Assembly: GCA_963827275.1 (NCBI GenBank)
Contig: CAWHAA010000005.1
Span: 224,001 to 288,000 of the forward strand
Origin: an uncultured Spirochaetota bacterium
GTDB lineage: Bacteria; Spirochaetota; UBA4802; UBA5550
Length of the DNA stretch: 64,000 bases
Reading direction: 5' to 3'
The notes under the pieces are model-generated. The model searched no databases and was not told where the DNA came from. It saw only the letters and a list, made by a program, of their open reading frames with translations. A program made the position numbers and the translations under genes. The first letter of the stretch is position 1. Every line of letters begins with the position of its first letter. Below, in pieces: positions 30,126 through 40,814 of this stretch.

Positions 30126-30695
30126 TTAAATTCTCCCTACTTTGAAGATAAATCCAAGGTCGACCCCGTACGACATCTTTTCCCCACTATCTCCCTTGCC
30201 GTACCAGCCGTACATGAACGAGCCCTCTATGAACAATTTCGTGTCGAATGTCGTATTGAACAGGAACGCGAGCGGGACTCTGAGCCCCGCGCCCCCGTTG
30301 AACATTTTGTTTGCCGGGGGCGTTTCAATATATATCCCGATGCCCGGCGCCAGTATGGCCACGGAACCGAGCGGGATCCCGACCCTGCCGGTTATCGTAC
30401 AGTACAGATGGTGCAGCTCGCCCTCGGCGTTAAAGTTATTGTACCGGTAACAGAGGGCGACATCGCCTATCAGCCATTTTGACACCACCCAGAAGGAAAA
30501 GCCGCTGTCCACTGAATAACCGGAAAGAGTCTGTTCCCGGTACAGCCCCTTCCAGTCGGCATACACGATCCTGTTCATGCCGGCACCGACAACGGGGCCG
30601 ATGAAGGTGTAGACCGGGTCCCGCTCTGCGGCAACCGCTCCCAGGGGGGCGCCGCAGATTACCGCGGCCAGCACAATGTTCTTCCAGGTTGACAA
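30126..30695 (-). CDS. Hypothetical outer-membrane beta-barrel-like protein
   Basis: Signal peptide and alternating aromatic/Gly beta-strand pattern. Confidence 0.6.
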   Translation of the reverse strand: MSTWKNIVLAAVICGAPLGAVAAERDPVYTFIGPVVGAGMNRIVYADWKGLYREQTLSGYSVDSGFSFWVVSKWLIGDVALCYRYNNFNAEGELHHLYCTITGRVGIPLGSVAILAPGIGIYIETPPANKMFNGGAGLRVPLAFLFNTTFDTKLFIEGSFMYGWYGKGDSGEKMSYGVDLGFIFKVGRI

Positions 30696-30701
30696 TTTGT
30701 A

Positions 30702-31310
30702 TTATCGCACATTCAAAGGAGTATCGACCATCTTCACGCCCTTCGGGACCCTGAAGTTAAAAAGCTTGGGGCTCACCGCCGCATCGGTGGTCGCCTCTGA
30801 TATCGAGAAACTCATGACCTTTCCGTCGTCCCGCTTGAGGATCGCGCCCTTCAGTAAAAAGCTCCGATCGACGCTCAGGATGATTTCACGATACATCTTC
30901 GTATCGTCCTTGAGCTTGATGGCATACCCCGCGTCCCCCTCGGAGGCTATTCCGTCGTACCCGGCCACAAGCCCGACGATACCGCCTGACGTTGTCCCCT
31001 TCTCCAGCTGGTGCGTCCCGCACGTCCCGGTGCCCGGGGTGTAGACCCAGAGGGTCCTCCCGTTTGACACCAGCACCTTCTCCATCGGGCTGGTAAATTT
31101 TACATATATCTTGTCCGGTCCCAGGTACTTGAAGCTCCCGGAAAAGGACTGCCCGTCGAACGAAGTCCAGGAGATGACGCCGGTCAGCTTTTCCAGCCGG
31201 TACATACGGATGCGGAATTTCTCCACCGCCTCCTCGCCGGTAAGAGAAAAAAGGGCCGTGCCGCAAAGCAGCGTAAAAGCAAAAACAATAAATATTCTGA
31301 GACGTCTCAT
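30702..31310 (-). CDS. lolA: Outer-membrane lipoprotein carrier LolA family
   Basis: Signal peptide, LVSNGRTLWVY and F.F.VPKG LolA-like segments. Confidence 0.8.
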   Translation of the reverse strand: MRRLRIFIVFAFTLLCGTALFSLTGEEAVEKFRIRMYRLEKLTGVISWTSFDGQSFSGSFKYLGPDKIYVKFTSPMEKVLVSNGRTLWVYTPGTGTCGTHQLEKGTTSGGIVGLVAGYDGIASEGDAGYAIKLKDDTKMYREIILSVDRSFLLKGAILKRDDGKVMSFSISEATTDAAVSPKLFNFRVPKGVKMVDTPLNVR

Positions 31311-31540
31311 CAGCGTGTCCTTTGCCTGGTATAACGAACGGAATTATTAAACCATAAAATATTTTTCTTTTGATATTAAAAATACACGCTATCCGCTGGA
31401 TTGATATATTTCAACCAATTTTTAAGCCTCCCGGATACGGGAAACGGCGCGGCATCGTTCACCCGGGAGGTGTCAGAGTAAAAATATTGTACTTGAAATT
31501 ATCGCCCATCGGGCATGTATAGAATGCAGGAGGCCCACCC

Positions 31541-32275
31541 ATGCCGAAAAAGCGGATCAGGCTCGGAAATTACCTGGTTATCATCCTCATTGCCGGGGCC
31601 GGCGCAGTTTCCTATTTCCACAGCCAGGAAGTTTACACCTGGTACATGAGGACCTACTACGAAAAAATACGCGGCATGAGCCTCGACATGCAGATACGGA
31701 AGGCCGAAGACATGTACCGGGCGGGCGAGTACGAAACGCTCCTGAAGTCCCTGAAGCCCCTTGCCATGACCTATCCGGAAAACCCGGAGCTGAAAAAACT
31801 CGAGGGACTCTGCCTTATCAGGCTGGGCAGGCCGAGAGAGGGGGCCGACATGATCCTTACCGCAACCGGCGGCGGGCGCCTGACGGGACAGGTCCTGGGG
31901 GAGACAACGGGGGCCCTGTTCGAAAAAAAGATGTACCGCGATATTACGAACCTTTTCAGCAAGAACTCGCCGGGCGATAATCCCCGCCTGCTCTACATGC
32001 TGGGGGTCTCGTTCTACGAAACAGGCCGCTACAGGGAGGCAATCCGGCACTTGAAGCGCGCCTACGACAGGGGAACGAACGGGTTCGAGGCCAGCCACTA
32101 TCTCGGGAGAGCGTACTATCAAAACGGCGACGCGCGCGCGTCACTGCCCTACCTCGAACGCGCGCGCATGCTGAACAGGGAGGACCCGGACATCGCCATG
32201 TCCCTGGCCGGCGCCTACCGGAAGCTCGGCAGGTACGACGACGCGGCACGGACCATGCGCGCGGTCACCCGGTGA
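31541..32275 (+). CDS. TPR protein, membrane-anchored
   Basis: N-terminal TM helix and TPR repeats; AGGAGG RBS. Confidence 0.82.
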   Translation: MPKKRIRLGNYLVIILIAGAGAVSYFHSQEVYTWYMRTYYEKIRGMSLDMQIRKAEDMYRAGEYETLLKSLKPLAMTYPENPELKKLEGLCLIRLGRPREGADMILTATGGGRLTGQVLGETTGALFEKKMYRDITNLFSKNSPGDNPRLLYMLGVSFYETGRYREAIRHLKRAYDRGTNGFEASHYLGRAYYQNGDARASLPYLERARMLNREDPDIAMSLAGAYRKLGRYDDAARTMRAVTR

Positions 32276-32297
32276 CCATCCCTCTCTTCTGCGGCGG

Positions 32298-33635
32298 TCA
32301 CATCACCTTCAACGTCACCGTCGTCCCCCACGTCCACGCGGTCCTGTTCAATTTTATTGAATTGAACAGCATCCGGTCCGTTACATAAAAATAATAAGCG
32401 GCCCCGGTTTCAATGGTGAGCGAGCCGCTCTTCGCCTTGAGCCCCGCGCCATAACCGATCCTGAACAGGTCGGGATCGAGGGGGTTCTGCGCGCGCGGAT
32501 AGAGCTCCTGGGTGGTGAAGGAGAGCCCGGTGCTGGGAACAAACCCCGAGAATTCAAGCTCCATGCCGATGCCGAAGCTGTGCCGGTTCCGGTGCTTGTA
32601 GTTCTGCGCGTTCCCGCCGGCGACCAGCGGGAGGGCCGACCACGCCGACGCGCTGCCCGCGACAAGCGCCCAGTCAAGGAACCCCGCCTCGTGGTCCCGC
32701 GTGAGGATATTTCTCGTCCCGTAGCTCCTCTCCCCGGTAAAATCCACCTGATAGGAGAGCTGGAAGGAGGCCTTGTCCTTTGTCATTATGTTCACGCCGA
32801 TGACCAGGCTGTCCGGGTAGTTCTGCTCGATGATGCGGGTATAATTGTACTTCACGTTTTTTTCAGTGCCCCGGGCGATGACCTGCGTTGAATAGAGCGC
32901 CGTCACCGCGAACGAATCGGGTTTACCGAGCATCACCCCGGCAAACCCGGACCAGCCGAGGGCGCTCTTTTCAATCTTGTCGACGGTGCCGCCCCGGTAG
33001 ACGCCTGCGGACCGGTACGAGTCATGATAGCTGCAGGAGACGCCCCCGGTGAAGGCGACCGTCTCGGTCAGGGCGAAGGAACCGCCCAGCCGTCCCTGGA
33101 GCCAGTACCGCCTTCCCCTGACATAGGTGATCCCGGGCAGGACCAGGGACCCGAGGTTTACCGTGAGCCCCGCGCTGCCGAGCGCGGCCATCTGTACCGG
33201 GTCAAGGTCGAGGGCAACATAGCTGATCAGCGGCATCCCGCCGAGCGGTTTCCGGTAATCCAGAAATTCGACGCCTTCCGGCATGTTCAGGGAGATGAAG
33301 ACGGCCCCCTTTCCCTTCTTGTATGCCGCGGCGAAGTTCGGCATGAACCACGAGCCCGCATTGTCCTCTCCCCCGCTGAACGCCATTCTGTACGATGTCG
33401 TTTTCGTCATGAGCTGGTACCCGGCGTCCAGGTAGAGGCCGTCCCTGAGCCACGTGAGCCCCACGGGGTTGAAGTAGGCGGCGTCGATGGACCCGACAAC
33501 CGCGGCCCTGCTCTGCGTCCTGGTATATGATACCGATGGATTGATGCCGCCGGCCAGCAGCGCGCCGGCGGGGCACGCGGTCGCGAGCAGCAGGAGGACC
33601 AGTATCGCCATGCGGTTTTTCATATTTTTTTCCAT
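32298..33635 (-). CDS. FadL/OmpP1-like outer-membrane transporter, paralog 2
   Basis: Signal peptide, DAAYFNPVGL hatch motif and beta-strand pattern. Confidence 0.75.
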   Translation of the reverse strand: MEKNMKNRMAILVLLLLATACPAGALLAGGINPSVSYTRTQSRAAVVGSIDAAYFNPVGLTWLRDGLYLDAGYQLMTKTTSYRMAFSGGEDNAGSWFMPNFAAAYKKGKGAVFISLNMPEGVEFLDYRKPLGGMPLISYVALDLDPVQMAALGSAGLTVNLGSLVLPGITYVRGRRYWLQGRLGGSFALTETVAFTGGVSCSYHDSYRSAGVYRGGTVDKIEKSALGWSGFAGVMLGKPDSFAVTALYSTQVIARGTEKNVKYNYTRIIEQNYPDSLVIGVNIMTKDKASFQLSYQVDFTGERSYGTRNILTRDHEAGFLDWALVAGSASAWSALPLVAGGNAQNYKHRNRHSFGIGMELEFSGFVPSTGLSFTTQELYPRAQNPLDPDLFRIGYGAGLKAKSGSLTIETGAAYYFYVTDRMLFNSIKLNRTAWTWGTTVTLKVM

Positions 33636-33732
33636 AAGGACGTGACGCTATTGCCCCACTATGCCACCGCCACGGGGCAATGCAATCCCATTTTTTACCA
33701 GCGCGATAAATTATTTTTTATTGTCGGGAGAA

Positions 33733-33762
33733 TAAAAAAGGCCGGCCCATCGGGCCGGCCTT
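33733..33762 (-). terminator. Rho-independent terminator after the 33788-35032 gene
   Basis: AAGGCCGGCCC-gat-GGGCCGGCCTT followed by a T run on the minus strand. Confidence 0.85.
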
Positions 33763-33787
33763 CGGATCAGCTATACATGAGGCGAAA

Positions 33788-35032
33788 CTACATGACCTTC
33801 GCGGTCAGGCTGATCGCGCCCTGCCATACGCTCTTGTTCATCTTGATCAGGCCCAGCATCGTATGATCGGTGAAATAGGAGTACTTGGCGCCTCCGATCT
33901 GGATCGACAGGTAATCGGTCGGCATGATCTTGAGACCGAGGCCCACGCCGATATTTCTCAATTCCGGATCAAAGGGGACCTGCACCCGGGGATACTTGTC
34001 CTGAGTCTCAAAGGAAAGGCCGAGGCTCAGCATGAGCATCTTGTGGACCAGGAACTCGCCGCCGAGTCCTACTTTATGATTCATCCTCCCCTTGTAATCC
34101 TGGGTATTGCCGCCCACAAGCGACAACGCCGGCGTTAAACCCGATCCGGCATAGGCAAACTCGGCATTATTAAATCCGGTATAGGCGCTCCCAAAATTTT
34201 TCTGATTGGAAAAATTCAACTGGTATGACGCCTGGATCGACACTGCATCGGTCGGCTTGACGTTTAAGCCGATGAGCAGGTAGTCCGGCAGCCGCGCTTC
34301 ATCTATGTGGCTGTAATGGGTCTTCATGTCCCTGGTCTTGCCGCGGGCAATTACCTCTGTTGAATAGAGCGCGGTAATGCTGAGCTCTTTCATCGGCGTT
34401 ATCATGATCCCGCCCGCGCCGGAGAAAGCGCCAGCAGCCGTCTTGGACTTCGATATTGTGCCGAGTCCGACATAACCGATAGCCATTTCATAGGAGTACA
34501 TGCTGTACTTCACGCAGCCGGTGATCGCGAGCCATTCGGTAAAAGCGAACGAGCCGCCCATGGATCCCTGGATCCAGAAGCTGGAGGCTTTGAGTTTGCT
34601 CGGCAGCAGGGGGAGCCCCAGGCCGGCGACCTCTGTGAGCAGGGTCCCGATCCCAAAGATATTCCGATACTCGAGCGTTCCGCCGCCCGCCGGAATATGC
34701 ATTTCGGCAAAAATAGCCGCCTTGTCCTTCTTCCAGACCAGCGCGAGGTTCGGCATGATGAAAGACGGTGTCGCATCGTGATAATTCGCCGCGATGAACT
34801 TGTGCATGTAGCGTTTTGCGCCCATCTGGTTGCCAAGCTCAATGTACATACCGTCAGCCATTTTGACCAGACCGACCGCGTTGTAATAGACCGCGTCCGG
34901 CGCGTCGGTGGTCGCGGCGCGCGCCATCATCCGTGCGAAGCTGGGATCATGGCTGTAGTTGTAGGCATACAGATTGCCCACCATGAATGCAGAGGCCAGC
35001 AAAACCGCCCCCAATGCGAAAAGTTTTTTCAT
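33788..35032 (-). CDS. FadL/OmpP1-like outer-membrane transporter, paralog 1
   Basis: Signal peptide, DAVYYNAVGL and PAGGG motifs; AAGGAGG RBS; visibly similar to 32298-33635. Confidence 0.78.
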   Translation of the reverse strand: MKKLFALGAVLLASAFMVGNLYAYNYSHDPSFARMMARAATTDAPDAVYYNAVGLVKMADGMYIELGNQMGAKRYMHKFIAANYHDATPSFIMPNLALVWKKDKAAIFAEMHIPAGGGTLEYRNIFGIGTLLTEVAGLGLPLLPSKLKASSFWIQGSMGGSFAFTEWLAITGCVKYSMYSYEMAIGYVGLGTISKSKTAAGAFSGAGGIMITPMKELSITALYSTEVIARGKTRDMKTHYSHIDEARLPDYLLIGLNVKPTDAVSIQASYQLNFSNQKNFGSAYTGFNNAEFAYAGSGLTPALSLVGGNTQDYKGRMNHKVGLGGEFLVHKMLMLSLGLSFETQDKYPRVQVPFDPELRNIGVGLGLKIMPTDYLSIQIGGAKYSYFTDHTMLGLIKMNKSVWQGAISLTAKVM

Positions 35033-35602
35033 AAAGTCCTCCTTAAAATGTTTAACAAACTGTTTAACGTAAGAAAGTAAAGACAGATGAAAAATGAAGC
35101 GTTAAATTTTTTACTAGATGTACATCGCAATTGCTACGACACCTGAACATGAAACCACCTGTCCATTGCAGACATTTCGTCACGTTCAGGCTTTATAAGC
35201 TAATTTAGATATAAAGTTGTTATAATGTCAATAGATTTTCCAGAAAACAATCCAATATTTTATTATCCATAACGCACGCCATGCGCATCCCGAAAATTTA
35301 ACACTTTGTAAAATAAATGACATCATGTATAATTAAGATAAAAAATGAGCCGGGGCAGGCTTAAATCAGCCCGCAGGCCGTCCATACCACCCCCCCCGCC
35401 CCGCTCATATCCGCATAACATGCCGTATATTATTGAGCCCGCGCGCCCGTGGGCAGCCCGGTGAGGCCCCTCGCGGGACACTGTGTGACGGTAAATAGCG
35501 ATAATCGAAAAAATATGCTTGCATTTTAGCAAAAAAAGGCGCAGTATCCGGTACTGTACGTTAGCTTCCGGAATATCCTTGGAAACGGGGAAAATACCGC
35601 CT

Positions 35603-36890
35603 ATGCCCAACAAAAAAACCGCTGTTCATGACAATGCTGCCTCCGAGCGCCAGATCTACAACCTGACCAAGCTCGTCAACATCAACAGCATGATCAATTC
35701 CACGCTCGACATGGGCAGCCTCCTGACCGTGATCATGGAAACCATCAAGGACATAATGGACACGGAAGCCAGCACCCTGTTATTATACGAGGAAAAATCG
35801 AACGACCTGGTCTTCAAGGTCGCATTGAGCGAGGTCGGCAAGGAGCTCACGGAGCGGTACCGGGTAAAATTCGGGCAGGGAATCGCCGGATGGGTCGCGA
35901 AAATACGGAAACCGATATACATCAACGACGTGTACAATGACGAGCGCTTTGACCCCGAGTTTGACCGGAGCACCGGGTTCGTTACGAAAGCGATGCTCTG
36001 CACCCCCCTCCTCTACAAGGGAAAGCTCCTCGGCGTCATACAGGCCATAAATCCCCTTGAGAGGAAGGAATTCACCGACGACGACATGGCCCTCTTCAAT
36101 GTATTCGCCGACCAGGCGGCGCTGGCGGTCCAGAACGCCATTTATTTTCACAGCGCACTGGAGGAAGAGCGGATAAAAAGCGAAATTTCCTCCGCGCGCG
36201 CGATCCAGGAAGAGATCATCCCGGACGTGGCACATGCAGGTCGGGCCGGTCCTGATCGCGGTGAAATCCGTCACCGCGCGGGAAATTGGCGGCGAATTCC
36301 ACAGCCTGTTCCGTCTCGATGGCGATCATATCGGGATCGCGCTTGGCGACCTCCACATAAAGGGCGTGCCGGGCGGGCTGCGCGCATCGGTCGTGAGCGG
36401 CGCGATCAGGGCCCTCTCCAGGGTGACCGGGAAAAACCCGGTCGAGATGTTCAGATTGCTGCATCTCGTCATGGAGCACGACGAGCGCCCCATAACGAAC
36501 GCGTCTTTCTTCTACGGAGTGCTCGATCCCGGCAGGAGGAAGCTCAGGTTCCTGAACGCGGGAGTGGCATACCCGGTCCTCGTGCGCGACGGCGTCGCCC
36601 GCTATCTCAGGTTCGGCAAGAGGAGCCTGAGCCAGAACATCGAGGAATCGAAGAGCGTGGCGGTGAGCCTGCAGCCGGGCGACCTGTTCGTCATCCTGTC
36701 GGACGGCATACTCAGGGTACGGAACAGCACCGGGAAGCCGCTCGGGCTCAAGCGCGTCATGAGGTTTATCGAGAAGGGATTCCCGGAATCAGCGGATATC
36801 ATCGATGCCATCCTCGGATTTGCGGCCGGGTATGCCGGCGCGCGGGGGACCAGGGAGGACATAACCGTCATAACCCTCCGCGTCCGCTGA
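35603..36890 (+). CDS. GAF + PP2C/SpoIIE phosphatase (RsbU-like; apparent +1 frameshift at ~36231)
   Basis: GAF domain (GQGIAGWV, D.STGF.TK) in ORF 35519; SpoIIE domain (NAG, LSDG, EDIT) in ORF 36234; removing one C joins ...PDV-D-MQVG. Confidence 0.85.
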
Positions 36891-36960
36891 AACGCGGATG
36901 AAAACTTCTTGCCAAAATCCTCTGGCGGTGCCATTATGCAACAATTCATGAGGGGGAACC

Positions 36961-37179
36961 ATGGGTAATTTCGTATCAGTAATATTCTGCAGAAACTGCA
37001 GCTCGCGTTTCGTGGAGATATCCGAATGGACGGCCGACGGCAACGCCATCGTCCAGTGCAGGTCCTGCAATCAGCGGGAGGTGCTGTCGCATTTCACCCT
37101 CGGCAGGGGGAACCTCAACAACCATGAAATGCAGATCGCCCGCGACACCATGGCAAAAAAAGGCAGGTACGAAAAATAG
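36961..37179 (+). CDS. Small zinc-ribbon-like protein
   Basis: 72 aa with CRNC...CRSC; GAGGGGG RBS. Confidence 0.7.
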   Translation: MGNFVSVIFCRNCSSRFVEISEWTADGNAIVQCRSCNQREVLSHFTLGRGNLNNHEMQIARDTMAKKGRYEK

Positions 37180-37181
37180 GG

Positions 37182-37998
37182 TCACCTCCTTGAAAAGAGC
37201 CTCTTGCACACTGCCCCCGCGAAGAACACGAAGGTCCTCGCCAGCCGGCCGATGCGCCACGGCTTGCTGATGATCCGGTAAAACCATTCCAGTCCCCGCT
37301 CCATGAAGAACGCCGGCGCTTTCCTGATTTCGCCCGATATGACATCAATGCATCCGCCGACGCTGATAAACACCGCGTTCTTGAACTCGCCCTTGATCCG
37401 GCTTATCCACTTGTCCTCGCGGGGAAACCCGAGGCCCACGAACACGATGTTGGCCTCGGATTTACGCATCGCCTCGATGACGGACTTCTCACGGTCTTCA
37501 TTAAAGTAACCGCCGTGGCGGCCCACGATGCGTATTTTTGGAAAAGATTTCCGTATGTTAAAAAACGCCCGCTCAACGATCTCCGGCTTGCCGCCCACCA
37601 GGAATATTGAAAACTCCTTGATCTCGGCTATGCGCACAATGTCCATGACGAAGCTCAGCGGCGGGATCCGTTCCCGTATCGGCGTCTTGAGGACCTTTCC
37701 CGCCCACTGTATGCCGCCGCCGGCGGCGAGGCGCATGTCGGCAGAGCCGGCGATGAGGCGGAGGTCGGCGTTCGCCTTGAAACGCTGTATCTTGTAGGGG
37801 TTGAGGGAGATGACATGGTACACGCCGCCCGATTTAATCATATCCATGATCCTGACGACCGCCTGCTGCCGCGTGATGTTATCGATCCCGATGACCCATG
37901 ATGTTCGTGATCCTGGCGTCGCCCAGGTCAACCTGGTTGTACTCGAGAATGAGGTCCCGCTCCTCTTTGTATGAATCATAATAGACGGTTTTATCCAT
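37182..37998 (-). CDS. WecB/TagA/CpsF glycosyltransferase (apparent +1 frameshift at ~37893)
   Basis: VGLGFPRED, SVGG and GLEWFYR motifs; the N-terminus MDKTVYY... (GAGGA RBS) lies in another frame. Confidence 0.88.
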
Positions 37999-38286
37999 TG
38001 CGCGATCCTCCTCGTGCGGTTCAGCCTTTTGGTCGCCGTTCCCGGGCGGTCCCATCACCATTGACAGCCCGCCGATGATACGTATTCATGTGTGAATATG
38101 CAACCGCGGGCGCCGGTCTGTCAATACAAATTCAGATTATGTCGGATGGAAAAGCCACGCATTTTTCCCGAGACGCGGCAGGCGGCGCCATCCACGCGGA
38201 CCGCGGCAACTATTGCTTCAATTCAGAAAAAAAATGGTTGCATAAATACAATCGGATGATGATAACCCTTTCATACGAGGTGCCTC

Positions 38287-39066
38287 ATGGACAGCAGGTT
38301 GAGCGGTATTATTTCATTTTTAGAATACGATGTTCGCACCGGCATGGTGATTGAGCCGGAAAAACGGCTGCCAAAGCTCCGTGACAGCATCACCGACATT
38401 ATAAAAACCTACAATCCCGGGGTGATTGTAAAGGTCGGCCTGGGAAGCGGGCAGGTCCTGTATGACATGGCGGCAGGCTGCGACGCGTACATCGTCGCGG
38501 TAGAGCCGTCGCTTGCGCTGATCAGGGAATTTATGGAGCGCCACGCCGGCGACCCTGTCCTCGACAGGATCCGCTTCATCAACGGGGAATTCAACAGCTT
38601 CCCGGTCGATTATTTCGCCGCGGACCTGATCGTCTGCGTCGACTACCTGGACTTCCTGGAATCCGGCCGTGTGGTCGATGAATTCACCCGGGCCCTCCAG
38701 TTCGAGGGCATCCTCTTGCTGGCGGGCGTGGTGCTCGAAGACGAGGACCTTGACGGGATCTATGACGATTTCATGAAAATCGCCTTCCCGCTCCACAACG
38801 ATTATTATCTCCGCGACGACCTGAAGACATTCATGGACCTGAACGAGCTGAAATTCATCAAGGGCACCTTCGACCGATACCCCGTCGACCTGGCGGCGCT
38901 GGCGGACCATTTCGCCGCGTTCCGCGCGGAAACGGAGCACCGCCCGCTCGAATATATCGAAGAAAATCGCGACGCCTTCACCGCCCTCTACAAGCTCGCC
39001 GGCACCTCGATAAACGAGCCGTACTATATCAGCGTATACATGCGCAAAAAACCTGAAAAACGATAG
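38287..39066 (+). CDS. Class I SAM-dependent methyltransferase-like protein
   Basis: VKVGLGSG motif I, acidic residue after beta-2 (VAVE), DLIVC. Confidence 0.7.
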   Translation: MDSRLSGIISFLEYDVRTGMVIEPEKRLPKLRDSITDIIKTYNPGVIVKVGLGSGQVLYDMAAGCDAYIVAVEPSLALIREFMERHAGDPVLDRIRFINGEFNSFPVDYFAADLIVCVDYLDFLESGRVVDEFTRALQFEGILLLAGVVLEDEDLDGIYDDFMKIAFPLHNDYYLRDDLKTFMDLNELKFIKGTFDRYPVDLAALADHFAAFRAETEHRPLEYIEENRDAFTALYKLAGTSINEPYYISVYMRKKPEKR

Positions 39067-39094
39067 GACCAGCCGCGCCGGGGGAGAAGGACAC

Positions 39095-40366
39095 GTGAAA
39101 TTTGTCGTAACGCCATCGCGCCTGAAGGGCGCCGTCGCCATACCGGGATCGAAGTCGCACACCATCCGGGCGCTCGTCTTCGCGCTCCTGGGGGAAGGCG
39201 AGTCGCACATCGAGCGTCCGCTCGACTCTTCCGACACCCGTTCGTGCCGCGCCATGGTGAGCCACTTCGGCGCGCGGGTCGATGACGCCGGCGACACCTG
39301 GAACGTCGCCGGCACGGGCGGTGAAATCGCCGCGCCTGCCGACATTGTCGACGTGGGAAACTCGGGGACGTCCCTCTACCTCGGGATGGGGATCGCCTCG
39401 CTCGCGCGCGGGCACAGCGTGTTCACCGGCGACCACCAGATCAGGAGCCGCCCGGCGGACGCGCTGATCGCCGCCATTAACGACCTGGGAGGCTCCTCCT
39501 TCTCCACGAGGGGGAACGGCATGCCCCCCCTCGTCGTCGGCGGAAAAATCACCGGCGGGGAGACCGCCGTCCGCGCCGTCACCTCACAGTACCTGAGCTC
39601 GCTCCTCATCGCCGCCCCCTGCGCCACAGGGGACTCGGTGATACACGTCCCCCTCCTCAACGAGAAGCCCTACGTGACGATGACTATGGCATGGCTTGAC
39701 CGCCTCGGCATCAAATATACCACCGATAACTATCGGACATTCTCGATCCCCGGCGGCCAGCGCTACCCGTCCTTCCGGGGGCGGGTCCCCGCCGATTTCT
39801 CATCGGCGACCTTCTTCCTGGTCGCCGCCGCCATCACCGGCTCCACGCTTGTCCTGAAAGGGCTCGACTGGAACGACACGCAGGGCGACAAGGAAGTGGT
39901 GAACATCCTGGGCGCCATGGGCGCGGGCGTCAGCATCGGCGAGGGCGAGATCACGATAACCGGCGGCGGCCTGAGGGGCGGCACCTTTGACCTGAACGCG
40001 ATCCCCGATGCCCTGCCGGCCCTGGCCGTGGCAGGCTGTTTCGCCGAAGGGGAAACGCGGCTCGTCAACGTGCCGCAGGCGCGCCTCAAGGAGACGGACC
40101 GGATCAGCGTCATGCATGCCGAGCTGAAAAAAATGGGCGCCCTGATCGAAGAACGGCCCGACGGTCTCATCATACGGAGGAGCGGCCTGCGGGGGTGCCC
40201 CGTGGACGGCCATCACGATCACCGCGTTGCGATGGCGCTCGCCGTCGCCGGTCTCGCTGCGGACGGGCGGACGACGATCGCTACCGCCGAATCGGTCTCG
40301 GTCACCTTCCCTGATTTTCCCGACCTGATGATATCGATCGGCGCGGACATTACACGAGAGGAGTAG
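39095..40366 (+). CDS. aroA: 3-phosphoshikimate 1-carboxyvinyltransferase
   Basis: PGSKS, GNSGT, SQYLS, RLKETDR and DHRVAM motifs. Confidence 0.96.
   Translation: MKFVVTPSRLKGAVAIPGSKSHTIRALVFALLGEGESHIERPLDSSDTRSCRAMVSHFGARVDDAGDTWNVAGTGGEIAAPADIVDVGNSGTSLYLGMGIASLARGHSVFTGDHQIRSRPADALIAAINDLGGSSFSTRGNGMPPLVVGGKITGGETAVRAVTSQYLSSLLIAAPCATGDSVIHVPLLNEKPYVTMTMAWLDRLGIKYTTDNYRTFSIPGGQRYPSFRGRVPADFSSATFFLVAAAITGSTLVLKGLDWNDTQGDKEVVNILGAMGAGVSIGEGEITITGGGLRGGTFDLNAIPDALPALAVAGCFAEGETRLVNVPQARLKETDRISVMHAELKKMGALIEERPDGLIIRRSGLRGCPVDGHHDHRVAMALAVAGLAADGRTTIATAESVSVTFPDFPDLMISIGADITREE
39722..39736 (+). repeat. ACCGATAACTATCGG motif copy 7 (in aroA, read as T-D-N-Y-R)
   Basis: Exact 15-mer. Confidence 0.9.
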
Positions 40367-40370
40367 CATC

Positions 40371-40766
40371 ATGGCGGTGAGGGGAATACGGGGTGCCACG
40401 ACGGCAGAGGCAAACACGAAAGCCGAGATAACGGCAAAGACACGGGAGATGCTCGAGGCCATTATCAGGCTGAACGACCTCCGCGTCGAGGACATAGCCT
40501 CCGCCGTATTCTCGGTGACCGCCGACCTGGACGCGGAATTTCCCGCCGTTGCGGCCCGGGGGTTGGGGTGGATATATACCCCGCTGTTCTGCACGATGGA
40601 GATCCCGGTCCAGGGGAGCCTGAAGAGCTGCGTACGCGTCCTCCTGCAGGTGAACTCGGAGCGCCGCCAGGACGAGATGGTGCACGTCTACCTGCACGGG
40701 GCTGAAAAGCTGCGGCCCGACCTTGGATCAAAGAGCGCCGACCGGTTCTACACCTCGGGAACGTGA
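40371..40766 (+). CDS. aroH: AroH-class chorismate mutase
   Basis: VRGIRGAT, FPAVAAR and LRPD motifs. Confidence 0.95.
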   Translation: MAVRGIRGATTAEANTKAEITAKTREMLEAIIRLNDLRVEDIASAVFSVTADLDAEFPAVAARGLGWIYTPLFCTMEIPVQGSLKSCVRVLLQVNSERRQDEMVHVYLHGAEKLRPDLGSKSADRFYTSGT

Positions 40767-40814
40767 CCGTCTTTCGGCAACCTCCCGGCAGACGCCCCCT
40801 GACCGGGGTGCGCA

